Source: Macrostomum lignano (lineage: Eukaryota). Taken from it: 64,000 bases of DNA. Both the position numbers and the translations under genes were made by a program. Numbering within the stretch: the stretch's first letter is position 1; every line of letters begins with the position of its first letter. The notes under the pieces are model-generated. The model was not told the origin of the DNA, did no database searches, and saw only the letters and a list, made by a program, of their open reading frames with translations. Below are positions 45,490-57,265 of the stretch, piece by piece. Where the stretch lies: contig NIVC01001748.1 of the NCBI GenBank assembly GCA_002269645.1, forward strand, positions 1 through 64,000, written 5' to 3'.

Positions 45490-48400
45490 TCTTATCTCCT
45501 CTCTTCTCACTCCTCTCTCCCTCTCTCTCCCCTCCTATCTCCTCTCTGTTCTCTATTCTCTATTCTCTTCTCACTCTTCTCTACCCTCCTCTCTCATCGA
45601 TCCTCTGTCTCATCTCTCCCCTCTTCTCTCTTCCTCTTCTCACCTCTACTCTTTCCTCTCCCTCCTGTCTCCCCTCCTCTCGCTTCCTCCTCCCATATTC
45701 TCTGCTCTCTCCTCGTCCTCACCCCACTCGTCTCTCCTGTTATCTTATATCTTTTCTCTTACCCCCCTCTCGCCCTTCCTCTCTTTCTAATAGTCTATTC
45801 CTTTTCTTTTTCACTCTCATCTGGCCCGCAGCCATGAGCTGGATTCTTTATCTGGCCTTTGAGTTAAAAATCTACCGATCCCTGCTTCGAAAGCCAGTTT
45901 GTGGGATGTAGTACTATCATGGTTATCATTTCTCATGCTTTAATCACGTCACCTTTCTGGCCAATTAGCAGCCCTGAGAGGAATTTGTGTATCTCCAGCT
46001 CCACCACCACAGTCTGCACTCTGCAGCAGTCTTAACAACCAAGGAAATGCGCATTTCTTAGGAGTCATTTAAATTTTAAAGTTACCCTATGCGAAACTTT
46101 ATGTTAAAAGCTTCATGGTGTAACTAATTTAGTAGGATTGCATTGTAATAAGTTATTCATTAATTTTTCGCTATTTTTACAAACCATCCCGCATCGCCTT
46201 GATTTGCCTGTTTGCCATCCACTGTTAAACTGCTGCAGACTTGTCTATACAGAGGACAGTGGATTGAATCTCTCGCTGAAACTGTCCTCTCCACGCCTCT
46301 CCACTCGCGGGGGTGCAGAGAAGGCTATTAAAAGTTATTCCAAAACACTGTACGTTGCCATGTACATTCAGCCCTATCGCCTGACCCTTCGTCTGGGCTG
46401 GGGGAATGAGTGAGTGAGTGGCACAAACAACAGAAAAAGCAGACAAACTTCACATGCTTACAGTTTCCGTCCTGATTGAGATACAGAGTTGAAACTTTAC
46501 ATGTAGGCAGAGAATGAGTCAATGAAGAATTGTGTCAAGTTTAAAGTCAATCGCTTTACGTGGAGCAAACTTATGGCAGCTGAAAGTTAGTCAATTTTGA
46601 AACCCCTTTTACACATCTGGGCCCAGATCGGGATCGGGAAAGAGAGGCAGGCGGGCGGAGGTTGGGGTGGTTGCTACGCTGAAAAAAAACAGCCTAACTT
46701 TAAAAGTACACAGCGCCGTTCAGGATTAACTTAGAGATTCGAAACTTTACACGATTGTGCCAAAATAGTTGAAGATTGTCTGTGTCAAATTTGAAGAGAA
46801 TCGGTAGAAGTGGAGCGGCGCTATGGAGGATTAAGTGAAAAAATCGCGTATTTTGAGCAGTTTTTTGTACTTTTAGGTGGGAAGACTTGAGTCTAGGAAA
46901 TTTAAAGGTAGCCTAAGACATTCTCCGTAGTAAGTTTAGGGTGGGTGTAAAGTTTGGTGTCATTTGGTTGAGCGGTTTGGGAGTCCATAGCGATCAAAAT
47001 TGTCCACACACACACACACACACAGAGTTTTGATTTTTATATGTAGAGACGAGGCCAACTCCTCCTCTGGAGGAGAAAGGGGAAGAACTCCCATCACCGG
47101 AATTCCATTCCCTGAAATCCATCAGCTGAAATTCCATGACTTGAATCCCATCTTCCAAATCATCTCCAAATCCTCTGTAAAGCCTTTCAAATACCATATC
47201 TTGTTTTCCCTGTTCGCAAAAACTGACTGCCATTGTCCAGACTCAGATTCTTCTGTCTCCTCTCTTCTCTTTTCTCTCCTCTCACGTCTCTCATCTCTAC
47301 CACCTTATTTATCTCTTCTCCCTCGTCTTTCGTCTTTCTCTTCTGTCTCCTTTATCCCCTGTTTTCTCCTCTCTCCTCTCTTCTCTCCTCTCTCATCTCT
47401 CATCCCTCATGCCTCATCTCACTATTTCTTTCTCCTCTACTCTCAGCTCCTCTCTTCTCTCTCCTCTCATCTCTCCTGTCTCCCTCTGCTATCTCATATA
47501 TTCCCTCTCATCTCCTCTCTCCTCTTTTCTTCTCTCTCCCTCTTCGTTCCCGCCTTACTCCCCTCTTCTCTCCCATCTGTCATGTCTAATCTGTCCTCTC
47601 TCATCTCTACTCTCTTTTCTATAATCTCTTCTCTCTTCTCTTTTCACTCTTCTCTTTACTCTCTTTACTGACTGACTGAAGATACCAAATCCATCAAAAT
47701 CCCTCCGTGAAACAGAAATCCTCTCCGCGAAACAGAAATCCTCTCCGTGAAACTGGGCTCCATGGAAATCCTCTGAGTGAAACTGACATCCATCAAAATC
47801 GTCTCCGTAAAACAGAAATACATCTAAATTCTCTCCACGAAAAATAAATCCTCTCCGTGAAACCGAAAACCATCAGAATACTCCGTGAAACTGGACTCAA
47901 TCGAAATTTTCTCTGTCAAAAAGAACTTAACTTTCAGAATTCATTGGTTAGGGTTAGGGTTCGAGCTGCACAGAGCTGCGTGTTGAATTAATTGAATCAA
48001 TTAATTGCGCAAACCATTTCTCAGTCAGACAGTATCAGTCTTATTTAAAGTTAAATAAACAGTTGCGCAATCTAAATCAACCCTCCAATACACAGCAGCA
48101 GTGAGAAGTTGAACCCTCCCCCAACTTTATCTATTACGTCTCGCAAAACTAAGTACAATCTTTGCAGAAAGTTAAAAGTATGAAAATAGTTTTTCAAATG
48201 CTGTGCTTTTTCTTTTCATATATAAAGCAAACAACTTATATCCCCAAACTCAGCGTTGCAAGATCTTTCCAGCAATATAAGTCTCTCCTCTCAAAGTTTA
48301 AAACTCGAGGAACAGTTAGCGTTTGAAATTTACCGATTTCCCGACTGCTTGCTAGAGAAGCTCGCAAGTTTATTCATTGAATTTCACTGCCAAACTAATA

Positions 48401-51400
48401 CACAGGGCTGCCAATAATAAAACCAAATGAATCTCGACACAGTCTATCTATTTACACTGTACAACTGCTATGTACACTCAGCCCAAGCCCAACCCCCCAG
48501 TCTGGGGGAATCATTAAATTGAACTTAACCCCCAACACGCGGGGGGTTTTATTTGCATTGAACACAGAACACGCGCACCCACCACCCCTCAATACACAGC
48601 GGCCCGCGGGCGGAGGTTGGGGTGGCTATTTTTACAAACTGGCTGAAGCCCCAGGCAGAGTGACCAAAGAAGGTTATTGGGGGTTAAAAAAGCAGTTTTC
48701 TGCTTTTTTAGGGATGTTAAAATGTGAAAATTAAAAATTAAAATAGCCTAAAGCCTGCTCCGGAAAATTTGCAGTTTTCCCATATAAGTTTCGACGTTGA
48801 CTTGGCAGAATTGTAGGAGTTCACTTGCTACATACAGACAGACAGACATACAGACAGACAAACATCGCGTCGGTTTTAGTATTAGGATTTAGTAAAAGGA
48901 TGGATATTTGCAATAGTTGTCCTTCCCAGTGAGAAAGTTATTTAGTTTTAAATCTAAAATCCAACAAGCATAGTATGTCCTCATTTGTCTACTTTCAGTA
49001 GAAATATAAGCATTTTGTCATTACTAATATACATTACGGTTCTTAAAAAACCACCACAGAAATTCTGCAAACCAACGCCGCGGCCGCTTTGGCCGCCATC
49101 ACGAAACGGAATCCGGATAATCAGGAACTGGTGCTCAAGGCTAAAGCTGTTGAGTAAGTCGAAATGTTTTTTAGTATATTATACACAGAGACTAAAGTTA
49201 CTAGATGTACCACTCAGCACATTTGCGTGTAAGCTACTTTCAGTTCAGCAGTAAGTTTAACAGAAGCATTTTAATAGCCAAGGCTCATTTATTGGCTCTT
49301 ACCCCCCCCGCTTAAACCCTCCATCCGCGTCTTTTCATTATCTCCCGCCCACCCCAATTTTTATTGCCTTTCTCGGAATTCCAGCCTAAAGCTGCCATGT
49401 ACATTTCAGTGGACTGGCCAATGTACATTGTAGCTGAACCAATTAGCAAGTTGTTTACGCCTGCAAGCTTTGGCTTCTAAACTTATCAAAGTGATTTCAG
49501 CTGCCTTTATTTTATAAAATAGCTTATGTATTCTTCTTTGATACTGAACTGAAAGTAGAAAGCTGTTTTACTATGTATATGCCTGAGTGGCCCATCTAGT
49601 TATTTTTGTATTTGTGGTATATCACAATAAGGGGTATTGTAGGTGCTTACAAAAAATCTGTTTTTATTCACTCAGACCGCTGGTCAATCTGCTGAAAAGC
49701 CGCGGCAATATCAATGTGCAAGTGAAAGCCGCCAGTGCTGTTGAGGCCCTGTCCGAAGGCAACCCGATGTCGCAGAAGGCTTTCATTCGATTGGAAACTG
49801 ATAAAGCCCTGCTTAAATTGCTCAAGGTGAGAATGCCTTGGGCTTTGATTCTGTCACCAATTATTATTCTAAATCTTAGCAACCATAATTAGCGTCCGTG
49901 ACAACAGTGGCTTCATTTGATGCCATTTCTAGCGTCCTTGATTGGCAAACATTTATAGCGTCCTTGGCAACTATTCAAATGGTATCCCTAGTGACTATTT
50001 GTTGCGTCCTTGGTAACCAACCATTCAAATGGTATCCCTAGTGACTGTGGCGTCCTTGACTCTTGGTAACCATCTATTCTAATGGTCTCCCAGGTGACTT
50101 ATTTGTGGCGTCCTTGGCAACCATCATATGTAGATTTTAGTATTCCATATTTTAATGGTTTCTAATAGCCATAAATATTTTTCCATTATTATAGTTTTCT
50201 AGATGGCTAGGCTCCCTATAAAACATAATTTAAATAACAACCGGCGTCCTTAGCAACCATTTTGCACCCTTGACAACTACCTCGTCCTAGCATCTGTACC
50301 AATTGTTTTTGTTTCCTTGACAGCCTTGGCTATACTTTGGCTATTCGCACCCATGAATATTGAAATATTGCACCAATTGTTGCACCAAATGTTGTTTTTC
50401 TGAACTCCACACGCACTCTATACTACTCAGTAGTAACCGCGGCGAGCAACACAGGCAATTTACTGTTGTATATAGCATGGGAGTTATTGTATTATTAAGC
50501 GAATTAAAAATGAATGTTTCGCTAATTTCAGGGAGTCGATTTTGGTGTAAGTATTTTAGAATTGGTTTCCAAATTATTGACACAAAACTTTTTTATTAAT
50601 TAAATTTTGCATGAATTTTTTAATGCACGTTTTTATTGTTAAGTTATCTAATAAATTTGTATTTTCAAGTATTGGATTATGGAGTTGGTCGTTTATTGAA
50701 TCCATTTTCATTAAGGTGCTACAATTCCTATTTTTATATGCTTTTACTCCCAGCAAGCATGTTACACCGCTTGAAGTGCATGAATTTGGTCCATTTTTAA
50801 ATTATACGACATTGCATAGCATGTTTTGCGATAACCAAAAAATATTATTGAAGTGCATCTTTTTTAGCTAATTGTATCTATAGTAAAACAAAATTTTTAT
50901 TATGAATTTTTCACCAATTTATTCATTAGCATAAACAGATGTTTGGTACTTTCCTGTTTCGTTTAAGCGTTAGGCGCAAGATAAATTAAAGTGCTAGGAT
51001 CAATTAATATATTTCCAGGCAAATTTTAATCCCCTTGTGTATGTTAATGGTAAATAGATTTAGTTTGTGGTGTACATTGTGTACATTGGGGTAGAGAGAT
51101 TTAGTCTTGTTGTACATAGGGGTAGAGAGAATTAGTCTGTGGTGAGTACAGTGGGGCAGAGAGATTTTGTCTGTGGTGTGTACATTGGGGCAGAGAGATT
51201 TTGTCTGTGGTGTGTACATTGGGGCAGAGAGTTTTTGTCTGTGGTGTACATTGGGGCAGAGAGTTTTTGTCTGTGGTGTACATCGGGGCAGAGAGATTTT
51301 GTCTGGTGTGTACATTGGGGCAGAGAGATTTTGTCTGTGGTGTGTATCATTGGGATCAAAATCTTATTTTCATAATGACACACACTTTCTGCCACAATTT

Positions 51401-54400
51401 ATTTACAGAACGCATTAGTCTTGCTAATATTTTGAGCTTTTTTCCGAAATGAATTTTTATAGATGTTTCCGTCACTCATTCATGAAGTCAGCGTAAGTTT
51501 GTTTCGGAATCCATGTACGAACATCAAATTCAAAGCAGAATTCTGTTCAATATTTATAGCTGTCTGTGTTAGACAATTCCTGGTATTAAGTATGGACAAT
51601 GTGCACATATACTTAGCTTAGTTCAATCGGAGTATAAAAATTAGTTTAGTCGCAGGTCTAGTACGTTTAAATTCGCTTTCGCTTGCTAATTTATGAACAA
51701 AGCTCGGCTTCTCTGGAGAAAACAGGTTTTTTATGCTCTTGTTATCAGTTTCGTGTAATAAAATGCCGACCTACTTAGTGTTAATGTTACTTTTAGTAGT
51801 TTATCAGGAAGTATCGTTTTTGCTACTTTTGCTCTACTTGGAGTGGAATGATGAGATAGCGAGTGAGATGATGAGATAGCGAGTGAGATGATGGGATAGC
51901 GAGTGAGATGATGGGATTGGGAGTGAGATGATGAGAGTGAGTGAGATGATGAGATAGCGAGTGAGATGATGAGATAGCGAGTGAGATGATGGGATAGCGA
52001 GTGAGATGATGGGATTGGGAGTGAGATGATGAGAGTGAGTGAGATGATGAGATAGCGAGTGAGATGATGAGATAGCGAGTGAGATGGTAGGATTGGGAGT
52101 GAGATGATGAGAGTGAGTGAGATGATGAGATAGCGAGTGAGATGATGGGATTGGGAGTGAGATGGTGATATTAGAAGTAGACGATGAGATTGGGAGTGAG
52201 ATGATAAGATTAGGAGTGAGCTGATAAGATTGGGAGTGAGATGATAAGATTAGGAGTGAGATGATGAGATTAGGAGTGAGATGATGAGATTAGGAGTGAG
52301 ATGATGGGATTGGGAGTGAGATGATGAGATCAGGAGTAGACAATGAGATTGGGAGTAAGACAATGATATAGACAGTGAGATGATAAAGTGCGTGGATGAG
52401 AGAATGATCAACAAAGTACATTTGAGAGTCATTATGAATGAGTGAGTGAATAAATGAAATGAAATATTTTAGGCCATAGCAGCCTTTTGTATCGTGCATA
52501 CATTCAGTAAGTGCAATAGTAGCTTTACTGATTATCCATGTCGCTTCAATACTTATGTAGCTCCTGTTGAGGTATTCGAAATATTTCTCTGCTAGGTTGA
52601 TTATTAAGATTGCACAACACGCGTTTACTCCGCAGGTTTGGTCGCTGGAGGTGAAAGAGCAGGGCGCCCTGGCACTGTGGGCTCTGGCAGGTGCCACGCA
52701 TGTACAGCAGAGGGCCATAGCTGAGAGAATTGGCATCCAGCAGCTCATAGAGATACTCATGACCAAGTCTGAGAAGTTGCAGTTTGTTGGTAAGATCTGT
52801 GATTTCTAAATTCAAATTTAAATATGGGATCGCATTAGAATCGCAAGAATCGCAAGAATCAAAGAGTTGCTCCAGAGTTGCTAGAGTCACTTGTGAGTTG
52901 TTTGCAATGACTCTTTAGCAATTCTTGTCAGGGTAATGTTTTCAACGGGAATGTTTTAAGCTTCTTTAGTACAATAAGTATTTGTAGCTATTTGCCTGTA
53001 CACAATTGTACTTTTCAATTTTAAAGTTTACGTGTACTTAAATTCAACTTTGAAAAGGCATGCTAAAGTACATTTTCATCTATCATTTAAAGTTCAATTG
53101 TACTTTTAGTGTGTCTATGTGTACTTTTAAAGTACACTTGCACTTTTAAAGTACACACTTGCACTTTTAAAGTACACTTGCACTTTTAAAGTACACACTT
53201 GCACTTTTAAAGTACACTTGTACATTTTAAAAGTGAACTTGCACTTTTTAAGTAGACGCTAGATTAAAAGTACATAAAAATCTCGTGTGTATCTCCCCGA
53301 ACTCAGCGTGCGTGGCCCTGACAGCCCTGGCCCGAGACAGCGTCACCAGGCAGAACGAAGTGGCTAAGGAGGGCGGTCTGCAGCCTCTGGTTCGCATCAT
53401 GAAATCGCCCAAATCCAGTCAACGGGTTCTTCTATACGCCGTGCAATGCTTGGCCGCCCTGTGCGTCGGCGTTGCCCATAGCAACAATCCGGCAACGCAG
53501 AGCCGCCTAGCCGAGGAAGGTGCAATCGAGTTGCTAACTGAACTGTTAGCTAATTCGCCAGTGCCTGAGGTGCAAGCTGAAGCCGCCTACAGCCTGGGCT
53601 GCCTTGTGCTGCGCAATGGCGACAACCAGCTGCAACTGAAGCAGCTGCCGCAGTTCTCCTATTCTCTTCTGCTGGCACTTTTGGATGCCGAGACGCCGAA
53701 AATTCGTCTGCGAGGATGTCAAGCTTTGGCTGGTAAAACTAGTGTGACTACTGCTTTCAGTAGTGTAGTTGCAATTTCTCAGTTGCAATTTTTTGCTGGA
53801 ATAAATATGATACAAATATTCCCTAGCAAATCTTTAAATCCCCATATTTAATCTACATGTAATCATGACGGCTAAATGTCGCTCAAAGTCAAATGTCACT
53901 GACAGCCAAATGTCACTGACTGTCAAATGTCACTTTAGATGTCACTGGCCATTGTCAGTTTTACGATGCCTTAAAGTTAATTAATAAATTCGATTAGCCT
54001 ACTAGCTACTGTAAGTAGCGTGCAAGAATGTGTCAGCATTTTCAACGAAACCACCCCACCCTGCAGTGTTCGCTTTCAACAACACCCGGCAACAGTTTGC
54101 CATCCGTGAAGCTGGCGGAATCAGCATTGCAGCTCTGGAGGAGTTCCTGGCCAGCTCAGATCCCGCCGCCAGGTGTCACGCCGCTTTCCAATCCGTTGTG
54201 CTCACAAGGGACATTGTGAACGCCGATCCGGTGTCCTTGACCGCCAAGGGCATTCAAATTCTGGTCGGACTGCTGAAGGTGGGCTTGAGGACTTCGAAGA
54301 ATTAGGACTTATTCTTTCTATGTGTGGTGGAATTTCTCTAAATGGGATTTTTCTAATTGAGATTTCTGTAAATGGGATCTCTCTAAATGGGATTTCTCTA

Positions 54401-55705
54401 AATGGGATTTCTCTAAATGGGATTTTTCTAATTGAGATTTCTGTAAATGGGATCTCTCTAAATGGGATGTCTCTAAATGGGATTTCTCTAAATGGGATTT
54501 TTCTAATTGAGATTTCTGTAAATGGGATCTCTCTAAATGGGATTTCTCTAAATGGGATTTCTCTAAATGGGATTTTTCTAATTGAGATTTCTGTAAATGG
54601 GATCTCTCTAAATGGGATGTCTCTAAATGGGATTTCTCTAAATGGGATTTTTCTAATTGAGATTTCTGTAAATGGGATCTCTCTAAATGGGGTGTCTCTA
54701 AATGGGATTTCTCTGAATGGGATCTCTCTGAATGGGATCTCTCTAAATGGGATTTCTCTAAATGGGATCTCTCTAAGTGGGGTCTCTCTAAGTGGGGTCT
54801 CTCTAAATGGGATTTCTCTAAATGGGATTTTTCTAATTGAGATTTCTGTAAATGGGATCTCTCTAAATGGGATTTCTCTAAATGGGGTCTCTCTAAGTGG
54901 GGTCTCTCTAAATGGGATTTCTCTAAATGGGATTTTTCTAATTGAGATTTCTGTAAATGGGATCTCTCTAAATGGGGTCTCTCTAAGTGGGGTCTCTCTA
55001 AATGGGATTTCTCTGAATGGGATCTCTCTGAATGGGATCTCTCTAAATGGGGTGTCTCTAAATGGGATTTCTCTGAATGGGATCTCTCTGAATGGGATCT
55101 CTCTAAATGGGGTGTCTCTAAATAGGATCTTTCTAAATGGGATTTCTCTGAATGGGATCTCTCTAAATTGGATTTCTGCAGAATTTCATATAGGCATGAA
55201 TTTACCATGTATTTAGATATGCTTGATGAACCGTATTCACAGAGAGACTGGAACTTCTCAGAAAGGTTTAAAATCGAAGCATCCCTCGCCCCCAACCCTG
55301 CTTAAACAGACTCCGCGCTCATCCTCGGCACTGCCAGTGTCGCAGCAGCAGAGCGCCGCCGCCGCCGAAGAGCTGGTGGAAACCGCCTGCGCCTACCTGG
55401 CCTCCCTGGCGCACTCGCGCTCCGGCCTGAAGGACGCCATCATCACGGCTGGCGGCCTCGACCGTCTGGTCCGCCTGCTGCTGGACTCGGACAGCCGGAC
55501 AGTCCGCTCGGCTGCCTCCGTGGTGCTGGGCTACTTGACCTTCAACAGGACCGCCGCCCGCCTGCTGCTCAAAGCCTGTCGCGAGAATCCCGGCCTGTTC
55601 TACAAGCTGGAGGCCGCGCTGCCGCTGCCCGATGCCCGCATCTGCGATGAGTTCCTGGCCGACTTCCGGGCTGCCGAGAAAATCGGCCTGCCCTGCCAGT
55701 TGTGA

Positions 55706-55791
<86 letters not shown>

Positions 55792-56087
55792 GTCTGTCTG
55801 TCTGTCTGCCTGTCTGTCTGTCTGTCTGTCTGTTTGTCTCTCAGTCAGTGTCCCAGCATCCCAGCCTCGCCCGGCCCGCCACCCGCAGCATGGAGGTGAA
55901 CGGCGGCCACCCGATCCTCCCCAGTCGAGCCGCCACCGCCAAAGCTCGTCCTCGGCCGCCCACCTCTGTCGGCCAGGCCGCGGGGCCCTCGTCTTCAACC
56001 GCCAGCGCCGCCCAGCAGCAGAAGATGCTTCGCAGTAAATCGGCCCCAGCGCATCGCTTGATTCGGCCTGGCAGCAACAAGCGATAA
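29379..56087 (+). CDS. ANKAR: Ankyrin and armadillo repeat-containing protein, 1432 aa. Exons: 29379-29675, 30248-30574, 31712-31938, 32765-33238, 33798-33987, 34720-34936, 38348-38549, 39097-39833, 49060-49153, 49676-49826, 52636-52789, 53307-53732, 54067-54278, 55310-55701, 55889-56087
   Basis: All 14 introns are GT-AG and phase-consistent; total 4299 nt. ANKAR-specific [11 protein letters not shown]...NYDQ...LPPAY.DT.IGQ, ankyrin repeats ([21 protein letters not shown]), ARM repeats, and C-terminal GLP...EVNGG. Confidence 0.93.
29750..29995. repeat. 30-bp minisatellite (ANKAR intron 1)
   Basis: Unit GAGCCTTGACATCTCAGCAATTCCCCCCGT. Confidence 0.9.
30600..31500. repeat. ~29-31-bp G-rich minisatellite (intron 2)
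   Basis: Unit GGGAATCCCTGGATTGGGG(G)ATCTCTGTATC. Confidence 0.95.
32020..32730. repeat. 22-bp minisatellite (intron 3)
   Basis: Unit GATTCTTCCCAAATCCCAAAAT. Confidence 0.95.
34040..34650. repeat. 37-40-bp minisatellite (intron 5)
   Basis: Unit TGATATAACAGGGAGGGATCTGAAGCATTAGGGAAG(GAG)C. Confidence 0.95.
36500..36680. repeat. (TCTG)n microsatellite; a second one fills ANKAR intron 14 at ~55707-55840
   Basis: Visible directly. Confidence 0.97.
37150..38110. repeat. 33-bp minisatellite with a 298-bp higher-order repeat (intron 6)
   Basis: Unit CGGCAGCTTCCTTTGATGTCCTCACAATTACCT. A diagnostic variant recurs at 37447 and 37745. Confidence 0.95.
38590..38970. repeat. 23-bp degenerate minisatellite (intron 7)
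   Basis: Unit CGTAGATTATCCTCAGTGATTAT. Confidence 0.85.
39850..41410. repeat. 26-28-bp minisatellite with higher-order blocks (intron 8)
   Basis: Unit TTGCTGGGCCAGCCTCCCAGATCCT(CA)G. Confidence 0.96.
42240..42960. repeat. 32-bp minisatellite (intron 8)
   Basis: Unit CTCAAAACTTGATAAGCTCGAAGCTTCATCAA. Confidence 0.93.
44260..45830. repeat. CT-rich low-complexity tract including (CT)n; a similar tract lies at 47250-47670
   Basis: Polypyrimidine on the + strand; source of the false Ser/Leu-rich and Arg/Glu-rich ORFs. Confidence 0.95.
49198..49604 (-). mobile_element. Second, inverted copy of the 28834-29253 MITE in ANKAR intron 9
   Basis: The reverse complement aligns across the element; the right TIR GGCCCATCTAGTTATT is at 49589-49604. 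Confidence 0.8.
51130..51350. repeat. ~31-33-bp minisatellite (intron 10)
   Basis: Unit GTGTACATTGGGGCAGAGAG(A)TTTTGTCTGTG. Confidence 0.9.
51845..52350. repeat. 20-bp minisatellite (intron 10)
   Basis: Unit GATGAGATAGCGAGTGAGAT. Confidence 0.93.
54330..55180. repeat. 15-bp minisatellite with a ~75-bp higher-order unit (intron 13)
   Basis: Unit GAT(T/C)TCTCTAAATGG. Confidence 0.95.
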
Positions 56088-56859
56088 TTTTCGCTGTAAA
56101 ACTCGAAACAAATTTTAATATACTCAACTTACTACTAGATAACGGAGCTCATTTTTAATTGTTCTTTTGTTTAAATTTGATTTTTCGTTAACTTAGTTAT
56201 TTTGTGCTTTAAATTTCTTAAAAAAGAAGTACTATGTTTCTATTATTTATTTTCCGCCGCACTTTTCTCTTTTTCTCTACTTAGATGAGTAGCAAAATTA
56301 GCGTTTTTTGCTAAAAAAAGAAAATTTACACAAACCACCGTGCCTTGTTGAACAAGCGAATTTTTTCAACACAGTTTTTTTCCTCTTGTGATAGAATTAA
56401 TCCGTCCAATTTTTCTAAGATGTTCTTTCTGTGATATTAAATTATTAGATCTGAACTTCTTACACTCGCTGCCGTGTATTAATGTGATTATAGGATTTTG
56501 TGTGCAAGTTTTATTTATCTATCTATTCCTGTTTTAGATCTATAGACCTCTCTTTTTTCTTGCACTGAATTGACGAAACTTCGAATTCAAAAGAGTTAAA
56601 AGTTTTCTTTTGAAATTACTCGCTTTATTTCTTTGTTGCATATAGTTATGTAGAAAGATTATATTATATATTTTATTTTATATTATACTCAAATATATCG
56701 GTTCACGCTTTGATGCCATGCACTCGCGCTGTTCTCAGCGGAAAATTTTGTGCTTGGATTTTTTTTAGAAAGTCAGGCTTGCTGTTCGCTGGCGTTGCAT
56801 CTGTGTGCCGTCAACCCTCTGGCAAATATTGAACTTTTATGGAATTCCCCATAGATTTT

Positions 56860-57245
56860 CCTAATATACATCAAAGCACGGATTACCCAATGTACATCAT
56901 AGCAGGGATTTCCCACGGATTTCCCACGGATTTCCCTAATGTACTTCATTGCACCGATTTCCTACGGATTTCCCTAATTTACTTGATAGCAGGGATTCCC
57001 CATGGATTTCCCGAATGCACTTCATAGCAGGAATTCCCCACGGATTTCCTCAATGTATTGTAAATCATAGCAGGGATTCTCCACGGATTTCCCTAATGTA
57101 CATCATAGCAGGGATTCCCCACGATTTTCCCTTATGTCCATCATAGCAAGGGTTCCCCAGGGATCTCCCCAATTTACTTAATAGCAGGGATTCTCCTTGG
57201 ATTTTCCCAATGTGCTTCCTAGCAGGGATTCCCCACGGATTTCCT
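56860..57245. repeat. Degenerate ~45-bp repeat between ANKAR and POP1
   Basis: CATAGCAGGGATTCCCCACGGATTTCCCTAATGTA recurs ~8 times. Confidence 0.8.
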
Positions 57246-57265
57246 CATCGCTTGCTCTATTCCAG

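Noticed and set aside
47946-47962. TTAGGG telomeric-like repeats
   Set aside because: Only about 2.5 units; not an interstitial telomere.
56860-57245. Cluster of NF-kB-like GGGATTCCCC/GGGATTTCCC sites upstream of POP1 (also GGGAATCCC at 30600-31500)
   Set aside because: Explained by tandem-repeat amplification of the common GGGAT core; there is no independent evidence of function.
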